Positions 12,371 through 27,019 of a stretch of 64,000 nucleotides of DNA are shown here, piece after piece (the stretch's first letter is position 1; each line of letters opens with the position of its first letter). A model generated the notes under the pieces. The model did not search any database. It was not told the DNA's origin and saw nothing but the letters and a program-made list of their open reading frames with translations. This DNA is from Sphyrna mokarran (taxonomy: Eukaryota): the NCBI GenBank assembly GCA_024679065.1, contig JAGIQG010000032.1, forward strand, positions 13,702,001 to 13,766,000, given 5' to 3'. Position numbers and translations under genes: made by a program.

Positions 12371-13374
12371 TTACTATTTTCTACATGGTATGCAGAACCA
12401 TCTGACAGTCTGAATCTCAAGCTCAGAAACACTGCAAACAGGCTGGTATAAACCTGTGAAGTTCAGCATTAGTTAAGTAGTCATGAACATTTAATGACAA
12501 GCCCTGCAAATCACTGCCAGCCTGAAGTGCTGGTATTCTGTACTACAAAGGGTTTATCTGCTTCACATCTTGTTTTGGAATGCAGGCGCTGTGCGAGACC
12601 CAATGGTGCAATGCACACAGATTAAAGAGCAATAACACATGCAATGATTTTATTAGGAATGTATCAACTTGTATTAAACTAAAGCTCCTGCTTTGCTTCC
12701 CCAGGACAGTACTTCAAATTGGTGGCCTGAGTTTCACATTGAGAACTTTATATATTGCCAGTTGAATATCTTGAAAGCTGCATAAAAATATCCCCCAGCA
12801 GCATACTACTGATGGCTAGAGACTGCATACAAAAGAACCATCCCTTATTGCTTGTAAACACAGCAGAGCAGCATATGAATCAAGCGGATACAAAGATCAT
12901 TATAAATGCATTCTAGTTTACTTAAGTAACATTTGCAGCCGAGATTTTTTAAATCCCCACATATTTTACATCAAATACACTTTTTTTCAAGGCTACAGGG
13001 TAAGAGTGGTTTGATAAATGGATAGTCCTTCCATAGAACCTGATTTCAAATAAGCCTTTGGACTTTAACCTGATGTTGTGATATTTCTTACTGTGCCCAA
13101 AGTTTAGTACTGATGGAGTATGCCTTGCAACTCCCTCAGCAGGAATACAAATTTCCTTAAATGCACTCAAATTTTTGTCCCTGACAAACACAGATATTGC
13201 CAAAAATTTGCTCAATACTGAGCCTTAGCAGCCTGAACTTTCTAATGACTCCTCTCACAATGGAACAAGCACAAAGACATGAGGCTTTGCAAATTGAAGC
13301 ACATGTTACCACATAACATTGCCTATTCAGTGCAACTGCTAACGTGGATATCAAGCATAATGATGAAACCTTTA

Positions 13375-13705
13375 AAAGCAGACAAACCTATCTTTATATT
13401 GAGCCTTCCATGACCTCAGGAGGTCTGAAAATTCTTCAGCCAACAAACTATTTTCAACTATAGGCAGCTGACTTGCAGATAGCAAGGTCTCATCAACTGT
13501 GAGCCAGACAACTGTTATGATGGTACTGGCTGAAGAATAAATGTTGGCCAGGACACCAGGAGAACACACATGTTCTTCTTTGAGTAGTGCCACAGGGTCT
13601 TTTACATCTGCCTGAACAGGCAGATACAGCCTCAGTTGAAAACCTCATCCAAATTGCCAGCAGCAATGCAGCACTCCTTCAGTACTGCACTCATGTGTCA
13701 GACCG
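13375..13705 (-). mobile_element. DeuSINE-like SINE fragment
   Basis: 'ttggccaggacaccaggagaac...agtgccacagggtcttttacatc...gcagcactccttcagtactgcac'. Confidence 0.7.
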
Positions 13706-14574
13706 CATTATGGGACAAATTCAACTCCGTCGGGGTTGCAGAATGGACAGTAGCAAATTGTCCGCCCTTTATATACTCCACTGTATTTTCACAACCATTG
13801 ACTGCTAGATAATTAAACTGTATTTCAAATTAATCCCTTGGCCGTGAAGCATTTTCAGACTTCTGAAGATCATAGGCCTCGATTTATCGAGTCTGTCCGG
13901 TGTTTTTATAAAGGATTTTAATTTTACACTTGGCATCAATGATGGTCATTGCATAATAATCCTGGAGGACTGTATCACATGCTGGCATCTGCTTCAATCT
14001 GCAAAGCCTCAACCAGTCCAGTGTGCCACAATGCCGGGCAATTTGCTACCACCTTTTTATGCTCCCAGCAAAGTTGTAATTTATGCCAATGTCTCTCAAT
14101 TTTATAATTGTACAACACAGCACAGAAAATACCATTTATCTTCTTTTTTTCCCAAATACTCATTGTTAATGACGCCATCAGTTTCTAATCACAACTTCTC
14201 AAACATCATGTAAGGAACTATTGCCACTTTCATGGAAAAGGGCAATATCAATACGATGTAATTCCTACTGTCTGGATAAGCTGGTTTAAGGAATGTTATA
14301 TTCTACAGCATTATTCAAAAGAAAACTTTCCTCCTTTCTCCCACACAATCAACAGCTATTCAACTCATTACTTTTTATAGGATGTTACAATAGCTTGCTA
14401 CCTTGTTCACCTGGCTAACTCCAAACAATATTCAAACCATGGCCCACTATCACAAGTTCCAATCTCACGATCGGATGCTTAAGTACACATCGTAACAGTG
14501 TGACCATCACTTCTGTTTTCAGGGTTGTCATCTTGCTCATTGAGAAAACTTTCACAGACATTAAGATAGGTCTG

Positions 14575-14945
14575 AATTAATACAGTGCTTTTCACAAACT
14601 CAGGATGTCCCAAAGCACTTTACAGGCAATGACGTAATATTGAAGAACAGTCACTGTGATGCGTGGGAATCACGATGGTTAATTTGCACATAGCAAGTTC
14701 CTACAAATAGCAATGTAATAAGGAGCAAATAATCTATTTTAATGCCATTGATTGAAAGATAATTATTGGTCAGGATTATGGTGATAACTCCCCTGTTCTT
14801 ACTTGAAAATAAATTATGGCTACCTCAGGGAATGGACTGAGCCTTAGCTTAATGTCTCAGAATGGCACCTCTAACAGTGCAGCATTCCTCAGTATGGCAC
14901 TGAAGTGTATGATGAGATGCGTTTGTATTCAAGTCTCTGGAATGA
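14575..14945 (-). mobile_element. DeuSINE-like SINE fragment
   Basis: 'ctcaggatgtcccaaagcactttacag...acagtgcagcattcctcagtatggcactg...caagtctctgga'. Confidence 0.7.
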
Positions 14946-15476
14946 TACAGCCTTTAGAGTGAGCAGCCAATACAACCTTGCCACCTTGTGATGGTGGCAA
15001 AGATGGACACTGCACTGCATTTTGCATCAACATCCCACATTGCTGCGGTAGCTGTGCTGTAGGACCTCAGGAAAAGAAATGCAGTAAAATAGCCCCTTCT
15101 GGGTACTGTGCACTTCAATGGAAACCATAGAGGGATCAATTGAAGACGAGGGTCTCCTGATGGTTTGACTCTTGCCATTGTACAGCTTGTGACCTAAAAA
15201 ATACATCTGGCTTTCACTCCTAACTGCTTATTATTTTATACGCTTAACAGCAAATTTTCTTTTAAACATTGCACCAAATATATAACCCATGGACTGTTAG
15301 CCTGAACTAAATTAAAGCTTAAGAAAACAATGTCAGATCCCCACTCCATTTGGACTATTGCAGTACTGGCACCCATTCAAAGCTGTGGTACGTGAGGGGC
15401 ACCTGCTGTTAAGGAAAAAAAACATGGTAACATCTTCCATCTTTTATTTTTCCCTTCGAGATATATTCTTTATTCA

Positions 15477-15734
<258 letters not shown>

Positions 15735-16831
15735 TCAATTCTTTGCTCTCAAAAAACATCTTGAAAAATGTGCAGTGTTTCGTGAGATGTTACGACAAAC
15801 TGTCTCCTTTATTTTCCCTGGGAACCCCACACAGTAAAATGGCACCAGAGCGGCATGCAACAAACACACTGTACTTCAATCTGTATCCACATCTGTTGCC
15901 CATTCAGAGCGAGCTCCCCAGGGCCTTTCATACCTTTCCAATATCACTGGTTAAACATTTTGTTTTATTTTTATATTGTTCGTCCAAGAGTGCCAGTGTA
16001 GCATTTCTGTCCTGTAATGAACTACAAAACTACAAGCAGCTGCAGCCCTTCCGTGGCGTGCTCATAAGGTAGATTCGATATAAAGCAGCCTCCCTTCCCC
16101 ACGTTGTGTCTGGGCTCTCGGTGCTGCATTTCACTGCCTGACATTTTACAGGTGTGTGAACCCTGGATTTGGAAAGATTCACTTTGTGGTTATTTCAAGT
16201 ATATAACATGTAAAAAAAAACAAGAACAGATCTGAGCCACTGGAATCAGGCTTTTAGTTACAGTCAAACCCATGGATTGATTGTGGAGTTTAAGACGCAG
16301 GAGCATCTGTTTATTTTTCACTCCCTAATTTCTGAGCAACTTCCTTCTCTGCTGTTCTGGGGTCAGAACAGATCCTCTGTATGGAAGGAATCATGAATGT
16401 GTTAGCAAAGAACAGATTTACAGTCATGTAGGATAGAATGCCTCACTCAGGCAGCCCATGCCGTACTCAGGCAGCAAATGTTAATGGGTTACTTCACCAC
16501 GCTGGATTTAATAACCAAATAAAATTCTGTCATCATCCTACTTCCATGCATACACTTACCAGTGAGGGCACAAGGTGGAGGAGGTGGATGGGAAGGAGGG
16601 GGTCACTAGATGGTTATCTGGAGTAGGAAGTCTGACTAATTTTGTCTCCCTTTATTGCCTGAGGATCAATGGGGCCTATTGCAACTCCCTGGGTGCTATT
16701 TAAGCTCAGCTAAACTAACCTAGTGCCTGGATATAATCCTCAAACTCCTGAGCGATGCATTGATACGATGTCCTCTGGGAGTTTGGGGGTGGGGGGGGGG
16801 GAATTAGTTGTCAGGTGTGTGCTGCACATTA

Positions 16832-17103
16832 GGGACTCTGTGGTTAGCACTGCTGCCTCTCAGTGCCAGAGATCTGTATTCGATTCCGGCTTACGTCACT
16901 GTGCAAACTCCGTACATTCTCCCCATGCCTGCATGGGTTTCCTCCCACAGTCCAAAGATGTGTGGGTTAGGTGAATTGGCCATGCTAAATTGCCCCTTAG
17001 TGTCAGGGAACTAGCTAGGGTAAATGCAAGAGGTTATGGGAATTGTGGTCGGTGCAGTTTCAATGGGCCGAATGGCTGCCTTCTGCACTGTAGGATTCCA
17101 TGC
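16832..17103 (+). mobile_element. HE1/V-SINE with CR1-derived tail
   Basis: 'tggttagcactgctgcc', V-domain, and tail 'atgggccgaatggctgccttctgcactgtagg'. Confidence 0.85.
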
Positions 17104-17837
17104 CTCTATATCCTACTATGATTGGTCATTCACATCAACATGCCAATCTAACTGTATTCAAATAGAGATCCTGATGTTTGATATCATGTCATTTGCATTT
17201 GCAGGGGTGGGGAGAGGGTGGATTCCATGGCTCCTGCCGCTGTTCCTACCCTCCAAAAAGTGACAGCAGAAAATCTCCCTAAGATTGTGTCTGGAGTTTC
17301 TACAGTGGGTATTAGCTCACAATCTTCTAATGCATAAGAAAAACTTTTAATGACAGAATCATGGCTCATATTTATGCTATCTGAAGAACTCTTCAAAGAG
17401 CAGCTAGCCTAGTTGAGCCAGAATCCACAAAGATGTCTGAATTAATGTTGAATGGTCAAAAACAACTGGGTGTTAACTTCTTTTTCCTTTGAGTTGTTTT
17501 GATATCTCTACTATATAAGGAAAATTACAATATATTTCTCATTCTCCAACATTCAGAATTAACACAAAGTAACGGTGAATCAACAGGCAAACTGAAGTTG
17601 AAACCACATTGTACAATAACTGGTAGTTGTGACCAAGTTGGAGCCCATAGATTTCTCAGCAAGCCAGATATATGTATTCGCTGAATTATATATTCTTGTT
17701 AATTCTCTGTATCCTTTATAAGGAATTGCATGTCTTTACTCTTCCCTTTCAAAGATCTAGCTTTGAAATCTTCTCCAAATATCACTCCAACTTGGACTGC
17801 CTCCATAACAGCACATTTCGCAGGTTTTCAATCTCGT

Positions 17838-17921
17838 CTCCTCGAACACCATTTCCCTGAAACTGAGTCTGCACTTCAGCTCCTCGAACACCATTTCCCT
17901 GAAACTGAGTCTGCACTTCAG
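17838..17921 (+). repeat. Perfect 2 x 42-bp tandem duplication
   Basis: 'ctcctcgaacaccatttccctgaaactgagtctgcacttcag' occurs twice with no mismatch. Confidence 0.95.
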
Positions 17922-19688
17922 CACCAATCCCCAAACATATTTTCAGCTCCTCACTCACGCTGAGCAAAATACAAGGGCTCCAAAGGGATACTTTTGCCCC
18001 AGCACAGAATCACCAACCTCCTGCTGTATTCGCCATTACCCAAGGATTCTCCCAAACCCTCACTATTGAAAGCCTGAAATTGCAGCACTTTTATCACTTA
18101 CACCCACTTTCCTTGATCATCTTCCTGGTAGTTCCTAATGATATTTCCTCTTCTCAGTGGTTCCTTGCACAGTCCTTTCTCTTTAACTGGGACCTCTCTT
18201 GGACCCTTCTCTGGTAGAACACTCTACTCTTCGGACATCCAAATTGGTTTTCCCCTGTTTTATTTTATGTAGATGGACTGGGCCCATGTCCCTGGCCCAA
18301 AAAACTACAAATGCCAAACTGGAAACAGCAGGAGTCTGTCAGGACTTCAAAGTTCCCGATCTGCCCGACAAGATAAATCAGGATTCTTAACAAGGTCAAT
18401 TGACTTCTTGTTGAGTCTGTATTTCAAGGATGCCAGAGTAAATTGTTCTTAGTGTTCAAAGATGGATTAGCCATCGAAAGTTCATGGGGTTATAGGAATA
18501 GGATGAGATTGGTGTGAGTAGGATGCAATTTCGGAGAACCGGTGCAGACTTGATGGGCCGACTGGCCTCCTTCTGCATGAAAGGGGTTCTACAGACTGGG
18601 GAACTGGCCAATCTTCTTTACCACGACTTAAGTCAAATCAAAGAGTCCAGACTGGGCATTGCATTTAGCTGCAAGTTACTGGGTTTATCCATTTTAAGCC
18701 CCAAGGAGAACATACCTTCTATCCTATTTGCTTCAGAAGATCTCAACTAAGATCATTCTAAAATAAACAATGCTGGCTCTTCCCAAAACTAGTAAGATTA
18801 TCCAATCCATTTCCACTTGGATTGAAAGGATGGATTCTGAAAAAAAAACACTTCTGCTGACCAAGTGGAGGTTATCCCATTGCGAAAAAGTTATCTGTCA
18901 ACAGCAATGGATGATGAAGGTTTACAGCAGGAGCGAGAGATAATGCAGCACATTGAACTGTGAAACAGAAAAGGGACTTAGCGGCTGTGCCTGTTATTTC
19001 CGACATAGTGAATTCTGAAATCCAGTCATGATGAGAGGTGATGATAGAAGCTGAGAGCAGAGGAACAAGAGTAGTCCCTTCAGCACCTTGAACCTGTTAA
19101 GCTATTTAATTAGACCATGGCTTTAACTATATCTTAACACTATTTAGCTATATTGAAACTGGCATTTGAAGAAAACAAACTTGCAGGGCTATGGGAATGG
19201 AACAGAGGAGTGGGACGAACTAGAATGCAGTGTGTGGAGCCGGTATGGACTGCATGGCCTTCTTCTGTGCCCTAAACGGCTCAGACTCCATCCCTCAACA
19301 AATGTCTAACAAAAATATCATCGATCTTAGTTCTGGAATTTTTAATTGAACCCAGGATCAACATATTTTTTCCTTTTGTGTGAAAAGCAACTTCCTGACA
19401 TCAGACCCGACTGACTGAGCTGCAATTTGAAATTTACAATGCTCTGGACTCCTTCTTCCTCAGAAGCTCCCATTCTCAGCTACACTGCAAGGAGGGCAGA
19501 AGACACTCCGGGTTCTTCACACTAAATCTGTCAGTAATAGAACAGTAATAGATCTGCATGAAACATAAGCAGATTCTGCTGCTCCCTCACAGATGGAGCG
19601 GGGAAGGGAAACTAAAGAGACAAGAGGGTATGGGAGGAGGCTTCTCTATCACAGGGTAACTGCTGACACACCTACTGTGTTTTCAAGG

Positions 19689-19981
19689 GGTGGCATAGAG
19701 GTTAACACTGCTTCCCCTCAGTGCCGGAGACCTGGGTTCGATTCTGCCCTTGGGTCACTGCCTGTGTGGAATTTGCACATACTCCCCGTGTCTGCATGGG
19801 TTTCCTCCCACAGTCCAAAGATGTGCAGGGTTAGGTTGATTGGCCATGCTAAATTGACCCTTAGAGTCAGGAGATTAGCAGGGTACACATGTGGTTATGG
19901 GAAAAGGGTGTGGCTGGAATTGTGGTCGGTGCAGATTTGATGGGCCGAACGGCCTCCTTCTGCACTGTAGGAATTCTATGA
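19689..19981 (+). mobile_element. HE1/V-SINE
   Basis: tRNA head, V-domain and tail 'gatgggccgaacggcctccttctgcactgtagg'. Confidence 0.85.
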
Positions 19982-21259
19982 GAAGCAAGTTACCCTGATA
20001 GTGAGAAGTTTTACTCTCCGAAGTTCCAACAGTAACCACAAAGGGGAGCAACTGCAACTGACTCCTTTGCAGCTTGCACGTCATGTGCAGTGAGATTCAC
20101 ATAAGGCCAAGTGGAAGGGTTGAATTTAAAATGCTCCTGGAAAAACAAGCTGAATATCAAACTCTCTTTAAATTCCACCACGCCTCATGCTTCATCTGGT
20201 CACATTTTATATGTGTTCTGCAAAAATATCTTGCTTAAATTTATTTGTTTTTCTCCATCAGACTGAGGGAACCCAGTGCCTGTGTGAGGAAAAACATTAA
20301 AAAAAGGAGAAGGAACATCTGCTGACAGTCTGCAGCCAGGACCCAAGTCAGGTCATGGTCAGGAAGCTACAGAGTTGATGCAGACATATCAAATACCTCC
20401 TTATCTTAATGCCACATGCCATGCCATAAGACAAGTGGACAAAAATGATACTGAACAAATAGCAAACAAGTCATTTTCCAAGACTATTTCATTGCTCTCT
20501 CTCTTTCCCTTCTGATTCTCCCTGGGATCCAATACTACAGGCAGCAGGAAGCCTCCAGTCTGCTCCCCCTGCACTCCTCAAAACAACAGGACTTGTACGT
20601 GTTGAGTTTTATTCTGAAATGTTAACAAGCTCAATCCTGCAGGAGTAGCAGGTGCCTACTCCAGCTTTAACAAGGCAGCTGAAGGAAGGTAAGAACTGCT
20701 GCATGGAAGAGGTGAGCACTTTTCTTGCACTGCATGTAGATCAGGAGGAGCAGGATTCTGCAACGTGAGGGGATAATTCCAGGTGGTATGCTAGTGAGAC
20801 ACAGTATACATCGTCACATTACTGGAAAGCTGCAAGCAGATCACAGGCCACAATCAAGCAGAAGTCTGGCTGAATCAGTGCCAAAGGTTTACCAGATATC
20901 GCACTGCATCAAGTCTCACTGTAAAGCTCAACAGCGAGCAGGTCAGTACGCTATTATACACAAGGGGTGGCTGTGCAGATGATATCCTCGGCAAGGAAGT
21001 AATCGATGGGACAGAAAACTACATATAATGAGGAGATAGAAGCATTTGATGCCTGGTCAATCTGTGAAAGAAAACCATGTCAAGTGGGCTAAATTTAACA
21101 AGCATACCTAATGACAAGCGGTGCATTGACACAGAATCACAAAATCATTATGGTGCAGGAACATAGAAAATTACAGCGCAATACAAGGAGGCAGTCCTTG
21201 GCCCATGATGTCTGCACCAATTCTCCAAACAAGTATCATGACTCAAATTTATCAACAAT

Positions 21260-22100
21260 TTGTATCAGTGACTGAGAACTGTGAATATGGTAGATGAGAT
21301 GAAATAATTAGGAACATGCTTGTTCTGCTTGGATAGAGTCCTGTCTGACAATTTAACCTGAACAAAGACAATTAATGAGCACATGGGTGATGTCCCGAAT
21401 CACATATCCACTCAGACACATGACGAGTGTGTGCTGTGCTGCAATGTCAACAGGAAGCAGAACTTGCATGCAACAACAAATATTAATCCTCACAGCCACC
21501 AGTCAAGTTCCTTGGGCATATTGTGGATACATCGGGTGTCAAATTGGATCCAGTGTCAGGGCAGATTCACAGAAGACAAGAGCAATCAAGCAGTTCTTGG
21601 CTCCTCACAACGTGACTGAACTCCAGAGATTCATGGGTATCGTAAACCCAAGTCAGTAAGCTCCTGTCCAACCTGGCTGTTTCAATGAATCACACCAAAT
21701 GTTATGACAAGACAATCCTTGGTGATTGGAAGAAGTACAACAGAGGTCTTTTGGGAAAATCAAACAGATACTAGAATTTTTGCTCACGATGATCTAGAAC
21801 TACCCACTATCATAGCCACAGATGCATCTTCCACAGGATTGGAAACTGCAATGAAATTACTGTGAAAATCCTCTAGTATAATTGGAGAATCGGAGACTTG
21901 GGGAGATGTTGTACGAGGAGTTAATTCTAACTGCGTGATATGCTAATGGGACATGGTATACATCATCACAGGAAATTAGGCAATGTCTCAGGAGTCTGCT
22001 TTCTCTAGCAGACTTTGTGGCAGTGAAACCACTATGTTATTTCTTAATAAAGCTACCATTGTTGTTAACTTAGCAAACTCTAAGTTTTCTGTATGGGACA
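21260..22100 (+). mobile_element. Gypsy/Ty3 LTR retrotransposon remnant
   Basis: Frameshifted pol pieces (KFLGHIVD; RADSQKTRAIKQFLAPHNVTELQRFMGIVN; IIATDASSTGL from RNase H). A polypurine 'ggggaga' precedes TGTTGT, a likely LTR start at about 21907. Confidence 0.7.
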
Positions 22101-22601
22101 ATGGGACCGGGAATATTTAAAATCTCATCTCCAAGAGACTCAACCCACTTGTCCACATCCCCAGGATCAAACCCTTGCCACCTAGATTTAAAGCCCCCAA
22201 CCCACCACTTCAGCTGGTCTAGCAGAGCAATGGAAACAGGTTCACTAGCTTTTCAGAAGGAATTAATGGATATTTGAGGTGAAGAATTTAATAGGCTTTC
22301 AGGGCAGGTGCATGGAACTAATTGGACAATTCTTTGAGAGTGCTAGCAGGGACAGGATGGGCTGAAAGGTCTTTTCAGTGCTGTAGGTTTCCATAGTGAC
22401 TCAGCAGCATGTTATTTCACCTGTTGAATATTACTGAGAGGATTACTAAAGGTGCCCTTTGCAAATTCAAACACAGGTTTTGTCTCTTTGGTGTCTGTCA
22501 ATATTCACAGTCTTCTCTTCAACAGTGAAATCTAAACTATCAGTCTGCTTAGGAGAGTAATAAAAGCATTATTCTGAATTAATGCAAAAGAAGATTCTGA
22601 C

Positions 22602-22671
22602 CTTGTTATGATACTGTAACATCTGTGTTATAATTCTTATCTTTGGATTGTAATTTTTGATTGATATTACC
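22602..22671 (-). CDS. KCNMA1: RCK1 exon (about exon 13)
   Basis: 70 nt, acceptor tcttttcag and donor gtcaga. Translates (R)[23 protein letters not shown]. Confidence 0.97.
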
Positions 22672-23289
22672 CTGAAAAGAGAAAAGGAAAATATTCATTA
22701 AGCAGTGACTCATTGTTACATTTACTGGCTAAACTCTTGAAAAATCATGTCATAGACAAATAAAACACAACATAATCTCCCAAACACCTGAGACACCTAC
22801 AAAGCTGTGAAGGAGTGTACGTGGCAGTATTACTCAGTTTTGCATCTGTAGAATCAGAATTGACTAAAACTGAAATGGATCATTCATTTTAAAAATGACC
22901 GTGACCATTTTTGCTCCCTCAGCAGCCATTTATTAATAAAATGAGCAAGAGCAGAAATATGCTTTCAACCTCCTGAGTCTGTTCTACCATTCAATAAGGT
23001 CATGGCCGACTGTTCCTTGGCCTCTCAATGGGAACCTACTGTTACCTCTGTGACTATGCACCCTCTGCTGGTTGTGTCTGGGATTACCTGAAAGTTTAAA
23101 ACACTACTCAACAGAGCAAACCAGGAAACAGAGAATGGAGAAACTTCTAATTTTTCGCCATTGCATTGCCATAACTTGGAACATACAACACTTACACATG
23201 AAAATGTCAAAGTTAGAGAGCTAGAGTACAGGGAGGTTAGAGAAAATTCATGGTAAAGACCTTTCCTGCTACTCCTATCATAATCAGAA

Positions 23290-23603
23290 TCAAAGAATCC
23301 TACTGTGCAGAAGGAGGCCATTCGGCCCATTGAGCCCACACCAACCACAATCCCATCCAGGCCCTATCCCCATAACTCCATGCATTTACCCTAGCTAGTC
23401 CCTCTGACACTAAGGGGTAATGTAGCAGAGCCAATCCACCTAACCAGCACATCTTTGGACTGCGAGAAGAAGCCGGAGCACCTGGAGGAAATCCATGCAA
23501 ACACTGGGAGAACATGCAAGCTCCACACAGACTGAGAACCAAGCCGGGAATTGAACCCAGGTCCCCGGCACTGTGAGGCAGCAGTGCCAACCACTGTGCC
23601 GCA
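23290..23603 (-). mobile_element. HE1/V-SINE, nearly full length
   Basis: Reverse complement of the complete head, V-domain and tail. Confidence 0.9.
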
Positions 23604-24088
23604 CTAAGTTGAATTTCTTTCTTCCTGTTTTATTTGTGCCCATACCCTTGCCTCAGATGTACTGGCATGAATCCTGAACTGACCTAGCTGGTTATCTCCT
23701 CCCCTGCAGTCAGCTATTGCTGCTCTGTAATATTCCTGACTGGGTGGAAGAGGACACACAGGACTAACTGGGCCTCTGATATTCCACAAGTCATACCTTT
23801 GTACTTGATGGGTAAGTAGCACACTGCTTGCTTTCATTTTAATCTCTACTGGCGATAATACATGATGTTTACTGTCACCCAGCTCTTGTCACTGGGCTGC
23901 TTGAGACTACATTTATTTTCCAGAGCTGTTCCCATTTGTAACACCTGGTTTGACAGATTCTGGAGCAAAACAGCAATTTTTTTACAACCGCCGCTGAAAA
24001 AGTCTGCAAAAGACTTTTGTCCATGTGCAAGAGATAGAAACAATAAAGTCAAACTCTTCCATTTTTTAAAAAATCTGTAATCAGATAG

Positions 24089-24425
24089 AGGCACAGTAGC
24101 ACAGTGGTTAGCACTGTTGCTTCACAGCTCCAGAGACCTGGGTTTGATTGCCACCTTGGGTCACTGTCTGTGTGGAGTTTGGACATTCTCCTCATATCCG
24201 TGTGGGTTTCCTGTGGGTGCTCCGGTTTCCTCCCACAGTCCAAAGATGTGTTGGGTATGTTTATCGGCCATGCTAAAAATTGTCCCTTAAAGTCGTGAGA
24301 TGCGTAGGTTAGAGGGATTAGTGGGGTAAGTATGTAGAGATAAAAGGGGTACGGCCTTGGTGGGATTGCGGCCGGTGCAAACTTGATGGGCCGAATGGCC
24401 CTCCTTCTGCACTGTAGGGTTTCTA
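24089..24425 (+). mobile_element. HE1/V-SINE, nearly full length
   Basis: 'ggcacagtagcacagtggttagcactg', V-domain and CR1-type tail. Confidence 0.9.
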
Positions 24426-25589
24426 AATCCTGGTGATGTCACAGGTTTGTCACTGCAGTCTGCTGGTACCACGCACCATCCTGGTTGGAGCGCCCAAGGG
24501 AACAAAATTTAATGCTCTCCACCTTCGCCTCCCCCCCCACCCCCCACCAATCCCCTTCTGCTGCTTGCTGACTATCTACCTCATCTTTCCATTCCCTTGC
24601 TGAACATCTGTTCTCCACGTTGAGTCTCTTGCCAGCTGCCTATTGAGCTAAGTCCACTTATTTTTCATAGAATTACACTGAGTGCAGAACAGGCCATTCA
24701 ATCCAGTTCCCTGCTGATGCTTTTATTCAGCCTCCTCGCGTTCCACTTCACAACATCAACAGATCTTTACATTCCCTTCTTACATGATGAACCAGCTTCT
24801 CCTCAATTTCAACACTATTATTTGTCTTAATATTCCTTATGGTAGAAAATTCCTTATTCTGGGTCAAGAGGTTTCTCCTAAAATTCCCACTGGATTTATG
24901 ACATTTGGAATGGACTCACTGGTGGCGCTTCCTGCTTGTACCGTGCAATCAGTTGTATCAGTTGGTTAGAATCACTGGCATTTCAGTGGCCAAATCCTCT
25001 CTGGGCTTGGGATTTAGTACTGGTTGGTTTATTGATCACCCAGGAATGCAGCTGTTCCTTAGTGTCCCACCAGGTTGTGCTGCTGACCTCAATAACAAAG
25101 ACATTGGCCAGAGTTTCCTAGCCATTCATGCCAGCGGGATTCGCTGGTCCCACTGCAATGAACGGAAATTTATCTGAGCGCCAAATTCTTTATCCTCATT
25201 TCCAGCATTTGTGAGGCCGTGAATAGCTGGAAGATTTTGACAATTATTAAATTTATAAAGGTTCAGAAGTTAGCAATTGAGATAGTTCTTCAAGTTAGGA
25301 ATTTAAGGATAGCTTCAAGAAATTGGGTTTTTCTTTCAGAAAGGGGATTTGGTGTGGCCCAACCGAAAATGCCAAGACAACAAAGGTAGGCAGCAAAACG
25401 AATCTAAGCAAACATTCTCTGTAAAGGGCACAAACAAAAAGATGCAAATTAAACATTGGGAAATGAGGAAGGAGGAAAATCAGGTACTATCTAAAGCCCA
25501 ATGTGAATTGTGGAGTAAGTTACTGGGAAATAAATCTCTGTTCAGGAAATTATGGGTTTAAGTGGCAACAAGCCACAAAGATGAGGGAT

Positions 25590-25902
25590 GGGCAACACAG
25601 TGGTTAGCCTCACAGAGCAGGGACCTATGTTCGATTCCCAGCTTCGGTCACTGTTTGTGTGGAGTTTGCACATTCTCCCTGTGTCTTTGTGGGTTTCCTC
25701 CAGGTGTGCTGCTTTCCGCCTGCATCTAAAGATGTGCAGGTTAGGTGGATTGGCCATGCTAAATTGACCCTTAGTGTCAGTGGGATGAGCAGGGTAAATG
25801 TGTGGGATTATGGAAATAGGGCCTGGGTGGGATTGGAGTTGGTGCAGGCTCGATGGGCTGAATGGCCCCTTTCTGCACTGTACAGATTCTATAATTCTAT
25901 GA
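25590..25902 (+). mobile_element. HE1/V-SINE
   Basis: V-domain and tail ending 'gattctataattctatgat'. Confidence 0.88.
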
Positions 25903-26140
25903 TATAATATGAAAGTAGGTGTTTATCAATCAAAAAAGGAATAGGTTTGTTGAGCTGTTTGCTATTTTGTTCTTCCTAAAACATCTTGCATCCTTACAAA
26001 TAAACCCAGTTACTCACTACCATTAGCACAGCACACAACGGAACGACCTGCTCATCATTTCTGAACAGACTCTGCAACCTGAACCCTTCATCAGAATATG
26101 AGGTTGCTCTCAGCAGTAATGTTCCATCTTCCACTCTTAC

Positions 26141-26223
26141 CTCATGATATTGGAGGCATCCTCAGCATCAGGATCAGGACAGTATTTATTTGCCAGAATT
26201 AGACATGCATCTGATGACTCTAT
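26141..26223 (-). CDS. KCNMA1: RCK1 exon (about exon 12)
   Basis: 83 nt, acceptor gtgtctcag and donor gtaaga. Translates [27 protein letters not shown](R). Confidence 0.97.
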
Positions 26224-27019
26224 CTGAGACACGGGAAAACATGAAAAGCCAATGAAAGGCGTGGATCAGATGCGAAACCCAACATCAAATTCAAACACAA
26301 GTTAGTAAACTGATGTTCAATGTGGATCGAGTTTAACTAGATTTTAAACTTCGGAGTAAATATTAATACAATATCAAGTTTCATCAATCATTCCCTTATT
26401 TGTCATTTTGTATTGGAAAGCTGTGTGAAAGAAAAATTATCCTGATCAAATCATTCTCGTGAAATAGTTAAATGAAATGTCATTCACAAATAACATGTCT
26501 CAGGTTTTTCATAGAGTGTCATTCCAGGATCACAGAGAAATCCTGCTTTTCACTTTAAAACAGAAAAATCAATTGTCCAACTTGCAAGTAGCAGTGCTCG
26601 TTAACAGATAGCAGCACTGTCCAGGATACCAAATATTGACCGCTCTTGACATTTGCTGATAATTTGGTCAACAATAAACCAGGGATTGGTTGCCCGAGAT
26701 GAGAGGTGGAAAGCTGGCAGGTCACTTCTCAATAACTGAAGAGAAGTGTCTGCAACGGTGCTGGTGTAAGTGGGAGCTGACCAATCCTGGCTGGTTTTGA
26801 TGGCTGTAAAAATAAGCTTGCGGCTGTAGACAATCATGTTTGCATATTACGTAAATGAAGTAATAAAAAGGCAGGTTGGGAATTCCAATTGCAAGTTTAC
26901 TCAACATAGCTAGGTCCAACTGGACACTTATCTCTCAAATTTTCAATGCATGCTGGATGTGCATTTTTATTAGTCAATGTTGGCTTTAAGTACTCTTAGC
27001 AAAGTACATCTAAATACAG

